Notes under the pieces: model-generated
Told to the model about the DNA's origin: nothing
Databases searched by the model: none
Seen by the model: only the letters and a program-made list of their open reading frames with translations
Position numbers and translations under genes: made by a program
Shown: piece by piece, positions 1-13,405 of the stretch
How positions within the stretch are numbered: the first letter of the stretch is position 1
Layout of the letters: each line of letters starts with the position of its first letter
NCBI RefSeq assembly: GCF_006345805.1
Contig: NC_043006.1
Location: 23,684,001-23,748,000 of the forward strand
Source: Octopus sinensis
Lineage: Eukaryota
Direction: 5' to 3'
DNA length: 64,000 nucleotides

Positions 1-746
1 AACAACATCAACCTGTAAAGTTATCGGCTAAAAGCAAATTTTTTTTTAATGTTAAAACAGGAAATTTAAGAAGCTGAAATACGAATATGAATATTGGAGA
101 GGGGAGAGAGAGGGGGAGAGAGAAAAGGGGAAGAGAACAAAAGAGAAAAAGAGAGTCAGACAGAGAGAGAAAAAAAAAATATATATATATATATATATAC
201 ATATATATATACATATATATATATACACACATATATATACACACATATATATACATACATACACACACACATATATAGGGCAGAAACGGCTGTAAGGAAC
301 TAGCACCTACTGGCAATCTGATCATTTGCTCTTTTCTATAATATTAGTACAAGTGCAACAAATGGGTATTACATGTGTATGTATTCTTCTAATACATTCT
401 ATTACTTTGGAATAAATAGACATACTAAAATGTCTACCGGCTGATGTATGTCATCTTTGTATCCCCTCCATTTTCTTATTTGCCGTATAAATTAAGGGTA
501 AACCACTTTTTTACTCCCGCCCATATATAACACTCAATTGTGAAATTGCCATGCAATAACCAGCACTTGGGTATGAATAATTGGGTACACTACCAGCAGT
601 ATATTGGGTAGGTACTATTGCTTAGTTGGTTGGTTTCCCAATCTCTAACTCTATATATATATATAATATATATATTATATATATTGGTAAAAATGGTAAG
701 ATAACAAAAGAAAGAAAGAGACCTCAATATTATGTAAATAGAGGAA

Positions 747-991
747 ATTTATCTGTAAAATAATATGTGACAATTATTCAGTAGCCAAGATAAAACTCTG
801 AGTTTCAGATGCCGAGGTGGAAATCCACACCACCATCTCTTCGGTTATCCGGCCATCTGAAAATAAAAAAGCGTTTTTCAGATGACCAGATAACCGAAGA
901 GATGGTGGTGTGGATTTCCACCACAGCATCCGAAAATCAGAGTTTTATCTTAGCTACCAAATAATTGTCACATATTATTTTACAGATAAAT
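747..991. mobile_element. Fold-back element, ~117 bp arms and ~11 nt loop, each arm with a minimal hammerhead motif; Penelope-like relic
   Basis: 747-863 is the near-perfect reverse complement of 875-991. Confidence 0.75.
789..849 (-). ncRNA. Minimal type I hammerhead ribozyme motif with variant core CCGAAGA
   Basis: GATAA-CCGAAGA-GATG..CATC-T-GAA-ACTC(A)GAGT-T-TTATC: stem I GATAA/TTATC, stem II GATG/CATC, cleavage triplet GUU; mirror copy on + at 889-949. Confidence 0.6.
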
Positions 992-1210
992 AAATATATA
1001 TCTATATATATATATATATATATATGCTTTATCATTATTAAAGCTACAAAAACATCACAAAACTTTCACAAAAAACTGCTACTCAGAGTTTCACCTGACT
1101 GTTTGAGAGACAGTTTAGCTTCTCAATCTAAACTGTCCATTTCTCATTCTGAACTGTTTAGGATTTCAGTTTAAACTGTCCAATGAACAGGAATGTGAAG
1201 CTCTGAGAAG

Positions 1211-1254
<44 letters not shown>

Positions 1255-1409
1255 CACACACACACACACACACACATGTATGTATATATATTTTTTTTTG
1301 CAGCTTTCATAATAATAATGGATATTACTCTACCTCCAGTAATCGAGTACTATTTTTCCCACACCGTGATTCACATTTATGTGCTTATTTTGGTATATAT
1401 ATGATAATG

Positions 1410-1467
<58 letters not shown>

Positions 1468-3970
1468 CATACATATATATATATAATGTGTGTGTGTGAG
1501 ACAGAGAGAGAGAGATAAATGGATAGAGGAAGAGTGAAATACATGACAAAGATAGTAAAATATACAAGAGAGAAGATAGATTAAATACTCAAGAAGGAGG
1601 GTGAGAGAGAGATTAGCAAATGAGAGAGACTAATGGATATGAGCGGATTAAAAAAGTACATTTAAACATGGTTTCTTTTAATCCCCCACTCTGCACCACC
1701 CCGCAGCATACAGGTAACGTTGATTAACTATAAAATATTTTCTAATCAAGTCTAATATTAATTAAAACAGTGCTACCACCGCTAACTTCAGTAGGAGTGT
1801 CATTGAGAGAGAAGGAGAGAGAAGAGAGGAAGTAAGAGAGAAGAGAGGAAGTAAGAGAGAGACTGACAAAGAGAGACAAACAGACAGACAGAGACAGACA
1901 GAAAAATAAAGAACAAGGGACAGACATACAGAGAGAAACATAGACAAATAAAGGGAGATGGACAGGCAAACAGATTATGAGGTTACTCAATCTGCTAGAA
2001 ATAGTAACCAAATCTTTCTCAATGTTCACCCTAATATCTTACTAAAAGAAGGACACATTGGATAATGTAGTTCTAGATATGCTATGTCTGAAAAACAATC
2101 TTTTTAGTTTATCAAAAACAAAGAAAGTGATGGTCACAACTGGAATGCCTTTGATCATCGGTCTGCTAGATCAAGGATCATGTCAGGAGATTAAACAGCA
2201 ACAAGTATCATCACAATCGACGTAAACAACACCAACACCAGCATGTAGAGAGAGAGAGAGAGAGAGAGAGAAAGAAAGAATTTATATGTTGTAATTAATT
2301 AATCTAAATACCATCACCTAATTAAAGGAATAAAAAGAGGAGGGGCTAATTAACAACTACTTGTAACTGTTGCTTAATAAATAAAATAAAATAAACAACA
2401 AGGAAGAAGGGCCAGAAAAATGAGGAACAAAAAATTTTTTTGCAATCCCTAAAAGACAGAGAGTCTCTCAAAAGTTGGAGAATCCTGATAGAAATTTAGA
2501 ACAAATGCTTAAATACCATTTTTAAAAAATCTATTTTTGTCTCTTTCTATTTTCTGTTAACTTCTGATAACTTATTGTTTTTTATAAAATGGGTAAACTG
2601 GCAGAATCATTAGAATGCCAGACAAGATGCTTAGAGACTTTTCACCCGTCTTTATTACATTCTGTGTTCAAGTGCCACTGAGGTCAGCTTTGCCTCTCAT
2701 CTTTTGAGAGTCGATAAATTAAGTACCAGTTGAATAACAGGGACCATGAAATCAACTAGCTCCCTACCCTAAATTTCAGGGCTCATGTCTATAATACAAA
2801 GCATTGCTATAAATGAACCATGGCTGAGAGTTGAAAGAACCATTATAATGTCAGATAAAATGCTTAGAAGTATTATTCTTCAAGATCTTTATGAATTTAC
2901 TAAACAGAAACGGTGCAAAAGCCCATTATGTGTGTGTGCTTGTGTGTGTGTGTGTGTGTGTAGACATACATATCCATATATGAGTGGGTGGGTGTGACGG
3001 TGTTCGTCTATCCCCCCACCACCACCACCATATTGCTTGACAATCGGTGCTGGTTTGTTTACATCCCTGTAGCTTAACAGTTCAGCAAAAGAGACAAGAT
3101 AGAACAAGTACCAAACTTGAAAAAAATACATATACTAGTGGAGATTCACTTGACTAAACTATTGAAAGTGGTGCCCCAGCATGGCCACAGTCCAATGACC
3201 AAAACAAGTCAAAGACAAAAGACATCAAAATCTGCACACATATTGTATAACCTTCATTCATTTTCAACTACACACGCACATACACACACTGTTTATATCA
3301 AAGATGAGAAAGTACTCAATATATGATGTGGAGTATAGTTATGTTTATGAGAGTGACATCATTCGTTGCTTTAAGTTTCATGTTGACCCAATCGGTCAGA
3401 TGCACAGTAATACATCCTATTATCAACCAAATAAATAAAAGGGTGTGTGTGAGTACCCTTGTCTTGAAAGTTGTAAATGAGCATCACTGTCATACAAGCG
3501 ATGTTGTTTATTTCCAGTTTTCCACGAAAAACATGTCTAACCATCAGGGGATATCATCCTGCCTGGAATCAGATGAGGGTTTGTAGACAGGAAGAGCATC
3601 TAGCTGTAGAAAATCTACATCAACAAATTCCAGATGACCAATGCGAGACTGGAGAAGCACACATTAAATGATGGCAATCATGACGACGATGATGATGATG
3701 ATAGTGGTGTGTGTGTGTTTGTGTGTGATTTGTATGAAATGATTTCTTAGATTATTGGCAAAAGACCCCAAACTTAGAGCAAAAAGGCAAAAAGCAGTTT
3801 AAAGCAAAACCATTTCTTAATTTATCAGCCCCACTATGATGAGAAGCAAAGTTGACCCAACAAGGATTTGAACTCAGAATGTTAAGGATCATCATGAAGC
3901 ACTGCTAAGCATTCTGCTTTTAGATTAGATTCTTATTCCTCCCAGCAGTAATCTTCAGTAATTTCATTAT

Positions 3971-4166
3971 ATTATTATATATATATATCTATATATATAT
4001 ATATATATATATATAATAATATATATATATATATATAATATTATATTAGATAGATATATAATAGATATATATTAGATAGATAGATAGATATACATACACG
4101 TATACATATGTATACATACATATACACAGATATACATACATGTACACATATATCATTACATGTATA

Positions 4167-4206
<40 letters not shown>

Positions 4207-4725
4207 TATATATACATACATACATATTATAACATACATATATATACACATATATTACACATATACACACACACATATATATATATATATACACATATAT
4301 ATACATTATACATATATATACATACACACATATATACATATACACATATATATACATACACATATATATACATACACATATATATACATATACACATATA
4401 TACATATATATATATACACATATACACATATATATATACACATATACATACATATATATATATACATACATATATATATATATCATATATATACATATAC
4501 ATACATATATACATACATACATATATCATATATACATATATATATATACATACATACATATATATATATACATACATACATATATATATACATATATCAT
4601 ATATATATACATATATCATTCATATATATATACATATATCATTCATATATATATACATATATTATATATATATATATATATATACATGCATATACACATA
4701 CATATATACATATATATATGTATAT
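3971..4725. repeat. Very long compound (TA)/(CA) microsatellite
   Basis: About 750 bp of almost only TA, CA and GATA units. Confidence 0.95.
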
Positions 4726-4729
4726 AGAA

Positions 4730-5038
4730 ATGCATATACAAGTACAGAACATCACAAAGCGTAAACAAGATAAAATACGAAAATAGGGTTGGGTACGCAA
4801 AGAACAGGAAAAACAAATGGAAAACAAGACAAGTAACATAAAGAACGACCCTTCATCAGTTGTCGGCTGTCTGTCTACTCCTTATTTTAAGCACTGAATG
4901 ACAATATAAGACTTTGAAGGCAGTTGCTCCCGTGAACCAAACTAAAATTTGGGATTTGCAGAGGGTCAAAGTGAGTAACAAAAATAGGACAGTGGAGACA
5001 TACAAGGAAATTAAATGGAAACAAACATGGAGGGTTCA
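4730..5038 (-). mobile_element. Possible Penelope-like terminal fragment between TA arrays
   Basis: Minus strand has CCGACAA-CTGATGA-AGGG but no recognisable downstream GAAA. Confidence 0.3.
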
Positions 5039-5039
5039 A

Positions 5040-5083
<44 letters not shown>

Positions 5084-7737
5084 TAATATATATATATACA
5101 TACATACAATACATAATATTATATACACTGTATATACACATATAATATATACATATGTGTATGTATATTTTTTATTTCTTTCCATATATATATATCTGTG
5201 TGTGTGTGTGTGTGTGAGTGAATGTATACACACACATGCATAAGTATATATGCAGATACATATTTATACACACACACAAAGACATACATACGCAATAAAG
5301 AAGGGCTACACAAAAACCAGAAAATACCTTTCAAAACTAGTTTTACACATGATTGTGAGAAGGGGCCACGAGCTGATAAATAAACAGGTAAGAAACCCCT
5401 ACAGTTGTAGGGTAACCAACACCAAGAATTGAAACAGACACCAAACCAATGAAAGGATGTGGACCAGGGATTAATGGTCAGGGCTAAACAAAATTAGTAC
5501 AGATTATCCCCATGCAACCAGAGAGATGAGGAGGGTGGGGCACACTACATTTCCCTATATATATCATTTAAAGGACCTGACAAGAAAATTTTATTATTAT
5601 TATTATTATCATTATTATAATTAGCACTATTAATATTATTAATATTATTATTATTTGTATTCACACTATTAATATTTTTATAATGCTACTACTAATAATA
5701 ATAATGATGATAATAATATTAATTATAATAATATTATTATTGATATTAGATGAGAAATGAGATGAAATTAAATGATGAAGAAAAAAAATTAAAAGTTAAG
5801 CACCCAGATAGCAAATGTTGAAGGTATTGGCCCCTTACCTCTAACAGGATTTCGCAAGGGTCCCCGCATTCACTGGTCCTAATTTGTTCTGAAAAAACTT
5901 TACTTGAGAATTGAAAACATGCAGGAAATTTCTTTCTTTGGATTAGCAACATCATCATCACCATCACCGTCAATAATAAAGGAGAACCGGTGTGGCAGAA
6001 ACAAGCAAGTGCCAAAACTGGAATGGTATTTAGTGAAGGTTTTCCAATATTTCAAGTCCAACCCCACAGAGACGGAGGAGTGGGTACGACTTTGCATTTC
6101 AATGTTCCACGGTTGATAAAGAATAATTAAGTACCAGTTATGTGCTGGGGAAGGTCTTCAGTTAAACTTTTCCTTTTCGGATTTGTGGGCATTTTGCCAA
6201 TGTAAGCCATCATAATCATCATCATCATTAAGGCAGTAAGATAACAGGGTCAATAAAATTGAGTACCAGCTGAACACTGAGGTCAATGTAATTGATTTAC
6301 CCACACTCTTTAGATTGCTGGCAGTGTGCCAAAATTTGAAGCCATTATTATCTTCATCATCATCAGCAGCAGCAGCAAAATTGTTAGTACATCGGTTAAA
6401 ATGCTTAGCAACATTCTCCTATCTTTTTATTTTTGTTTGTTTTTATCTTTTGTTTTCAACATTCTGAGTTCAAATTCTGCCAAGTTCTTTTTGGGGATCA
6501 ATAAAAGAAATACTAGTAGAGCACAGGGGCCAATGTAATCAACTAATGCTCTCCCGCTAAAATTGCAGGCCTTGTGGCAAAATTTGAAACCATTACTATT
6601 ATTTTTATTATTAACCCTTCCCAAGGGCAGCAAACTAGCAGAATTGTTAGCAGTATTTCATCTGTCTTTGTGTTCTGGGTTCAAATTCCACTGAGGTCCA
6701 CTTTGCTTTTCTTCCTTTCAGGGCTGATTAATTAAGTACCAGTGAAACACTAGAGGTCGATGCAATCGACTAATGCCCTCCCCACAAATCTGACGCCCCG
6801 TGCCTCAAGTGCAAAGGATTATTAACCCTTTCCTTACCAACACATCTGACAGCACTCATGAGCCTACAACACATACTTCTAGCTTTTGAAGTGATCTCCA
6901 TTAAAATCTTCCCTCAAAATTTATATCAATTTTTCTAAGTACCAGCAACATCCATCATCATCATTTACCATCCGTCTTCCATGACTGCATGGGTCGGACG
7001 GTTTGACAGGAACTGGGAAGCCAGAGAACTGTACCAAGTCCCACTGTCTGCTTCAGCACAGTTTCTACAGCTGGGTGTCCTTCCTAGAGCCAACCACTAA
7101 ATCCTTCATTATTTAAAAAATTAAATGAAATAAATAAATAAATATGTGTTTCAGCAGAAATTTGGTAAGAAAAGGTTGTAGGGGGCTGAATTAGCAGAAT
7201 TGTTAGCATGTCAAATAAGGGCTTTGCAATATTTGCTTTGGTTCTTTACATTCCGAGTTCCAACCTTGATGAGGTCAAACTTTGTCATTCATCAAGGGTC
7301 GATAAACTAAAGTGATGCTCAAGAACTGAGGCCAATGGATGGCACATTTACATCAACACAAAAGTTTTTCAATGCAATACAAATACAGAAGTTTGCATGT
7401 CTCTTGTGCAAGATGTTGTGATATTCATGCATCTACTACCAAACCCAACTGATACATGTACATCACGCTAGTAAAATATTACATTTGAAGAAAGTTCCAG
7501 AGAGAGCAATTCCATGTCTACAACACCCAACCTTCACACACACACACACACACACAAACACAAATATATATGTACACAACCCCCAACCCATACACAGGCA
7601 ATGATGTGCTAATCTCTCAACTTCCTCTTTTAACCCTTTAGTGTTCACATTATTCTGTCAAAATGAATCCTTTTTTATCCACATTGTTTTGAACTAATCA
7701 TGCATTATCTTGTAGCTATGAGATTTTGATGAGGTAC

Positions 7738-8116
7738 TCTTTTACTTATTTCAGTCATTTGACTGCGGCCATGCTGGAGCACCGCCTTTAATCGAGCAAC
7801 TCGACCCCGGGACTTATTCTTTTGTAAGCCCAGTACTTATTCTATCGGTATCTTTTGCCGAACCGCTAAGTAACGGGGGACGTAAACACACCAGCATCAG
7901 TTGTCAAGCAATGTTGGGGAGACAAACACAGACACACAAACACACACATGCATATATACGATGGGCTTCTTTTCAGTTTCCGTCTACCAAATACACTCAC
8001 ATGGCTTTGGTCGGCCCAAGGCTATAGTAGAAGACACTTGCCCAAGGTGCCACGCAGTGAGACTGAACCCGGAACCATGTGGTTGGTAAACAAGCTACTT
8101 ACCACACAGCCACTCC
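7738..8116 (-). mobile_element. tRNA-headed SINE, family A (internal TA/TG microsatellite)
   Basis: Same sequence recurs at about 23355+, 25191-, 27128-, 37935-, 45768-, 55383+, 56915-, 61021-, 61470+; head GGAGTGGCTGTGTGGTAAG..GGGTTCAGTCCC has A/B-box-like motifs. Confidence 0.85.
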
Positions 8117-9974
8117 TGCACCTACTGTTAATTTTAAAAACGATATTGTAGGGTAGGTGTGAGAAGTCAGATCTGGCCAGTTTGAACATAAAACAGGCAG
8201 AATACTTTTGGCCGGATATGGCCGGTTTAAATGCTAAAGGGTTAAACGTAAAACACTCTTGTAGCCCCAAAGTTCTTCCATACATACATACACATAAAAA
8301 CACATATGTGCATCCATACACAACAGCATTATCATGTACACAACATTCACCAACTCACTCTCATTTGTAGTACCAATCCCCCCTTCCCCCACCCATGCAC
8401 ACATGACCACATAACCACTCCCACACACACACACACTCACACATCTCTCTCCCTACCCATACACCCAGACAGATGGCAGCATCATAAAAGTTAGAACAAA
8501 AATAAACAAACAGGGTTCAGTTTTCAATTGAAATCCTACATGCATACATACATGTATACGTGTGTGTGTGTGTGTGTGTGTGTATTGGGTCACATGGAGG
8601 CAATGGGTGAGACCTTTGGCAGTATGTCGTGCTTGAGAAGAAGACCCGTCAAACCAAGTAAAATTGTAGTCATAGCAAATACTGGTGTCACGCAAATGGC
8701 ACCCATGTTGGTGCCACATAAAAGCACCCACTACACTCTCCGAGTGGTTGGCATTAGGAAGGGCATCCAGCTGTACAAACCTTGCCAGATCAAACTGGAG
8801 TCTGGTGCAGCTTTCCAGCCTTGCCAGCAATGGTCAAACCACCCAACCCATGCCGGCATGGACAACAGCCACTAAATGTGATGATGATTTATATATACAC
8901 ACACACACTTTTTCTTTATTCTTATTCATTTTTGCGTTTTTGTTTCACTATATTTTTTCAGTTTCAAACAACAACAATAATACAAGTGAGGCATAGGCAA
9001 CAAAATGTAAACACTGCCAATCTCAGTCACCATAGGGTCTGTCTGGTACAGGTATTACTCTGGTTTGTATATGAGTTTAAAGTGTGTTTGTATATGCCTA
9101 TAGGTGTATATGTTGCTGTTGACCCCAGGGCTTGACTGGTACTCATTTTATTGGCCCCCGCCCCCTCCAAAGAATGACAGGCAATGTCGACTTTGGGGAA
9201 TTTGAACTTGGAACGTAAAGATGGACAAAGTGCTGAAAAGCATTTTGCCCAGCATGCTAACAATTCTGCTATTTTACCGCCTCGATTGATTGATTGGTTG
9301 GATGTTTGGTAGATAGATAGATAGATAGAAGAGAGAGAGAGAGAGGTTTTACCAATGTGTATCACAGGGAGATGTATACATTGGTGAGAAAAACAAAACC
9401 AGTAAATTTGAACAAAAAAACAAAACGTGAGCACTAGAATGCAGTTATAAAATAGAAAAATCATAAAGAGAACGTGTGTGTGTGTGTGTGTGTGAATTGT
9501 TTAGAATATTCCTTTGTCACTCTCCCACACATCTTTTTTTCACAATTATGAGAAATAAATACTTTAATTTTGTGACAAATATAAGCGGCTTCACTCGTGG
9601 TCGTGAGGGTTTATGCTAAGTTTTGTTATTAACACAATTGTATTTAGGCTGATCTGTGTGATAGTAACTTCTTAAGTTCAATCCCTGATGGGAAAGATTT
9701 TTTCCTTTTTCAATTTTTCACTTAAAATTGTATTAACTGTTTCTTGTCTTCTCCGCCATGTTCAGCAGGAGGGAATGGGCCTTAATTTAGCAGAATTATT
9801 AGGTGTTTGCTCTGTGATAGGGGATTTTTTTTTTTCCTCCTTTTTAACTTTAATACATAAATACAGACGTAGCAGTGAGGTTAAGAAGTTCACTTCTGAA
9901 TCACATGGTTTCAGGTTTGGTCTCACCAAAGGGTACCTTGAACAAGTGTCCTCTACTCTACCCTAGTTTAACCA

Positions 9975-10310
9975 AGTGTGACGGAACATGGCTCAGTGGT
10001 TACGGGATTCAGCTTATAATCAGGGGATCCAGAGTCCAATTCCCAGCAGCTCATTGTGTCCTTGAGCAAGACACTTTACTTCACATGCCTCAGTCTCATC
10101 AGTTGCCAAAAATGAATTATACCTGTAATTCAAAGGGGCCAGCCTTGTCACGTCCTGCATCATGCTGAATATCCCTAAAAACTAAATTATGGGTATGAAT
10201 GTTTGTGGAGTGTTCAGCCAATTGCATATTAATTTCATGAGCAGGCCGTTCTGTTGATCGGATCAACTGGGACCCTTGTCATCATAACCGATGAAGAGCC
10301 AGATTAACTC
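9975..10310 (+). mobile_element. tRNA-headed SINE, family D
   Basis: TGGCTCAGTGGTTA head followed by TGTGTCCTTGAGCAAGACACTTT; relatives near 19890+, 17130-, 34600-, 44690-, 56270-, 60720-. Confidence 0.75.
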
Positions 10311-10347
10311 ATCCCTTCTGAGCACAGTTGGTAGGCAGAAACAGCTT

Positions 10348-10584
10348 GGGTGGAGAGCTGGCTGGAACGTTAGCATGCTAGGCGAAATGCTTAGCGGTAT
10401 TTCGTCTGCTGTTGCGTTCTGAGTTCAAATTCCGCCAAGGTCAACTTTGCCTTTCATCCTTTCGGGGCCGATTAAATAAGTACCAGTTACGCACTTGGGT
10501 CGATGTAATCGACTTAATCACTTTGTCTGTCCTTGTTTGTCCCCTCTATATTTAGCCCCTTGAGGGCAATAAAGAAATAAGAAA
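10348..10584 (+). mobile_element. SINE family B (core CTTTGCCTTTCATCCTTTCGGGGTCGATAAATTAAGTACCAG)
   Basis: More than ten recognisable copies in the window (about 2600, 6620, 22860, 23150, 35340, 36170, 47750, 49715, 54100, 58660). Confidence 0.8.
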
Positions 10585-11664
10585 CAGCTTGGAAACAGAA
10601 GCCCATCTTATATATTATATGTATGTTTTTGTGTGTATGTGCACACATGTGCAAGTACTCACATGTACAAATATTGACATTCTGGGACTTGATATTGTCT
10701 GAGGGAAACAATTATGTAATGGATACAGTTCCTGCAGATATTATGGTCGGTTGTTCTGTGATTTCCAAGTCTGGTTGAATATAAAATCCTTTACTTGAAA
10801 AGCAGGTCAAGGGTTGGTGACAACAATGGCATCAAACCATAAAATGCTGTCACAGAGATGCCCCAGACTGACCAAAGTTACCATGAGAGAATGGACAGTA
10901 AATGAACAAGCGATGGCTATCAGTGATCAATGCAGTGAGTGGCAGAGACATTGTTAGACTGACAGGTTTTTAGCAAACTGGAAAGAAACTGGACAGGTTC
11001 AATGACCAGAAAGTGTTTCTCATAGGATGCAGGAGGGGAATGGAGGAAAACTGCCATCTTTTGTCTTTTGTTTCGGTTGTTGGACTGTGGCCATGTTGAA
11101 GCACCACCTAGAAAGGTTTTAATCAAACACACTGACTCCATAGCTTTTCAGTCTGGTACTTATTCTATCACTCTTTTGTTGAACCACTAAATTACAGGAT
11201 GTAAACAAACCAACACCATTTATGTGGCGGTGATGTGACACAGATACACACAGACACATATATGTATATCACATGACAAACTTCAGCACAGTCTCTATTT
11301 TCCAAATTCACTTGCAAGACGCTAATCACCTACATGTTATAGTACAAGACAATGCCCAAGGTACTGCGCAGTGGGATTGAACCTGGAACTATGTGATTGC
11401 AAAATGAGCTTCTTAACCACACAGCCAGGTTTAATAAGGAAATTGAAATGATTTTAAACTTTTAAAGCTTGTCTAACATCAATGAGGAGAAGAAAAGAAT
11501 TCTATGAATACAAAATATTTTGTCTTCTCAATACCAAAAGGTGGTGATGAGGGTTTCCCTTTTGGGAGGGGCTGGGCTGGCATTTGTCAGTATTAAGGAA
11601 CACCGTTCAAAGTGAGAAGAAGATGCTACTTTTCTGTGGTAGTTATATTTATTTCTGGCACATG

Positions 11665-11915
11665 TGCCAGTGGCACGTGAAAAACAACATTTGAGCGTGG
11701 TCATTGCCAGTGCCGTTGGACTGGCCCTCATGCCGGTGGCACATAAAAACACCCACTACACTCTCGGAGTGGTTGTCATTAGGAAGGGCATCCAGCTGTA
11801 GAAACTTTGCCAGATCAGATTGGAGCCTGGTGCAGCCCTCTGGCTCACCAGTCCTCAGTCAGACTGTCCAACCCATGCCAGCATGGAAAGCAGACGTTAA
11901 ACAATGATGATGATG
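11665..11915 (+). mobile_element. Retroposon family C, 3' part ending in a (GAT)n tail
   Basis: TTAGGAAGGGCATCCAGCTGTAGAAA..CCAACCCATGCCAGCATGG..GATGATGAT; copies near 8600, 33720, 36000, 36720, 39730, 41050, 52690, 60410. Confidence 0.8.
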
Positions 11916-12289
11916 ACTGCCAAACGAACCTCAAGTGAGCCTAATAGAGAGGAAAAAAAATTAGTTTGTGGCTTGGAGCTTCCTGGCTGAATTATCGTAC
12001 AAAATATGTTTGTTGTGTCTCATTAATTCAAGTGAAAGCTCTAAATTCAATTTGTGAATTGTTATCATGTCCATCCAGCTGATCAAACTGTGGCTCAAAG
12101 TTGAGCATCGCACACCACAAACTTTTGTGTTTAATCTCTAACATGGATGACAGAGTTTCAGCTACATAAAGATAAAACAACACACTTGTAGAAACAATGT
12201 TTTGTATTTTTTACGCAACTACTGTATTTTCCTTCTAGAAATAGTGGATTTCTTTTTCTCTAATTTTTAGAAATATCAAAATCACTTCT

Positions 12290-12480
12290 CCAAATATTAA
12301 TATTGATGACATCATAAGAATTTCATAAACATTCAAGAGAATGTGAGATAGTTCACCCTTGGTACATTGGTTCTCAAGACACATTACACAAACAGCATTT
12401 TTATTTGCAACAAATGTATATTTTTCTAGAAATAAATGTGAATTTACTTTTAACAAAAGCTTTTTACGTGGTTTTATTTC
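12290..12480 (-). pseudogene. Possible decayed hAT (SPIN/GTF2IRD2-type) transposase N-terminal fragment
   Basis: EKYTFVANKNAVCVMCLE loosely resembles the W.EKYFF.....P.CLIC.E motif; short and unverified. Confidence 0.3.
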
Positions 12481-13334
12481 CCCCATTTTTCTTTCACTTG
12501 CAAATATTCAATATATATTTTCTAAGAATCACTGAAGCAAACTCTTTAAGAATTTACATATTTTTTCTTATATATAAATTTTAAATTTTTTTCCCAGAAA
12601 TAAACACAATTTTGCAATTTAAGAACCATTTTCTCAAGAATAAATTTTATACACATGAACCCAAGGTGGAAAAATATATGCACAGAATTGCACAATTTTA
12701 TGCAGTTTTTTGCTCTTGACTTTGTCTTAGCAAAATTCTTTTAATCTTTTACTGGTCTCGGTCACTGAACTGGTCATCTCAGAAAGTTTAGTCAATTAAA
12801 TTGTCCCCAGGATTTATTTTGATATTGTATTAATTTGATAGCATAATATGGCACATATTCTATTCTAATCTAGTACTTAATGTGTATTTATTATCATAAT
12901 ACAGTATGTAGTCTATCATTCATTTATGCTGAACTGCTAAGTCACATGGATATAAAGAAAGCAACATTGGTTGTTAAGCAACGAGGCACAAACATATTTG
13001 ATGAGCTTCTGCTTAGCTTCCATCTAGCTAACTTATTCCTAAGGCATTGATCTCCCCAGGGCTGTAGTAGAAGACACTCCTTTAAGGGGTCATGCACTGG
13101 AACCTATTCAAAAGCACAAGGCAGCAAAGCACTCCTGCTATGATGGATCATGAAGTTTGGCAATGATATATATATATACACACACACACACATACATACA
13201 CACAGACATACACACACTAATATTGAACATCGAGAGTGAGTGCTCAACACTATATTGGTGGATAAATAGTTTTTATTTGTGGGTGAACAATTGTGAAACC
13301 ATTGGTAGCCTTGTTAACCCACAAATAAAGTATG

Positions 13335-13405
<71 letters not shown>

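Noticed and set aside
4046-4839. Long ORFs such as 4160-4786 (208 aa YIHT-type)
   Set aside because: Translations of TA/CA microsatellite, which is stop-poor by composition; the same holds for most ORFs in the track
8961-9051. Plus-strand 90 nt exon candidate (ttttcag ... CAG|gtatta)
   Set aside because: No partner exons in a compatible phase and no recognisable peptide
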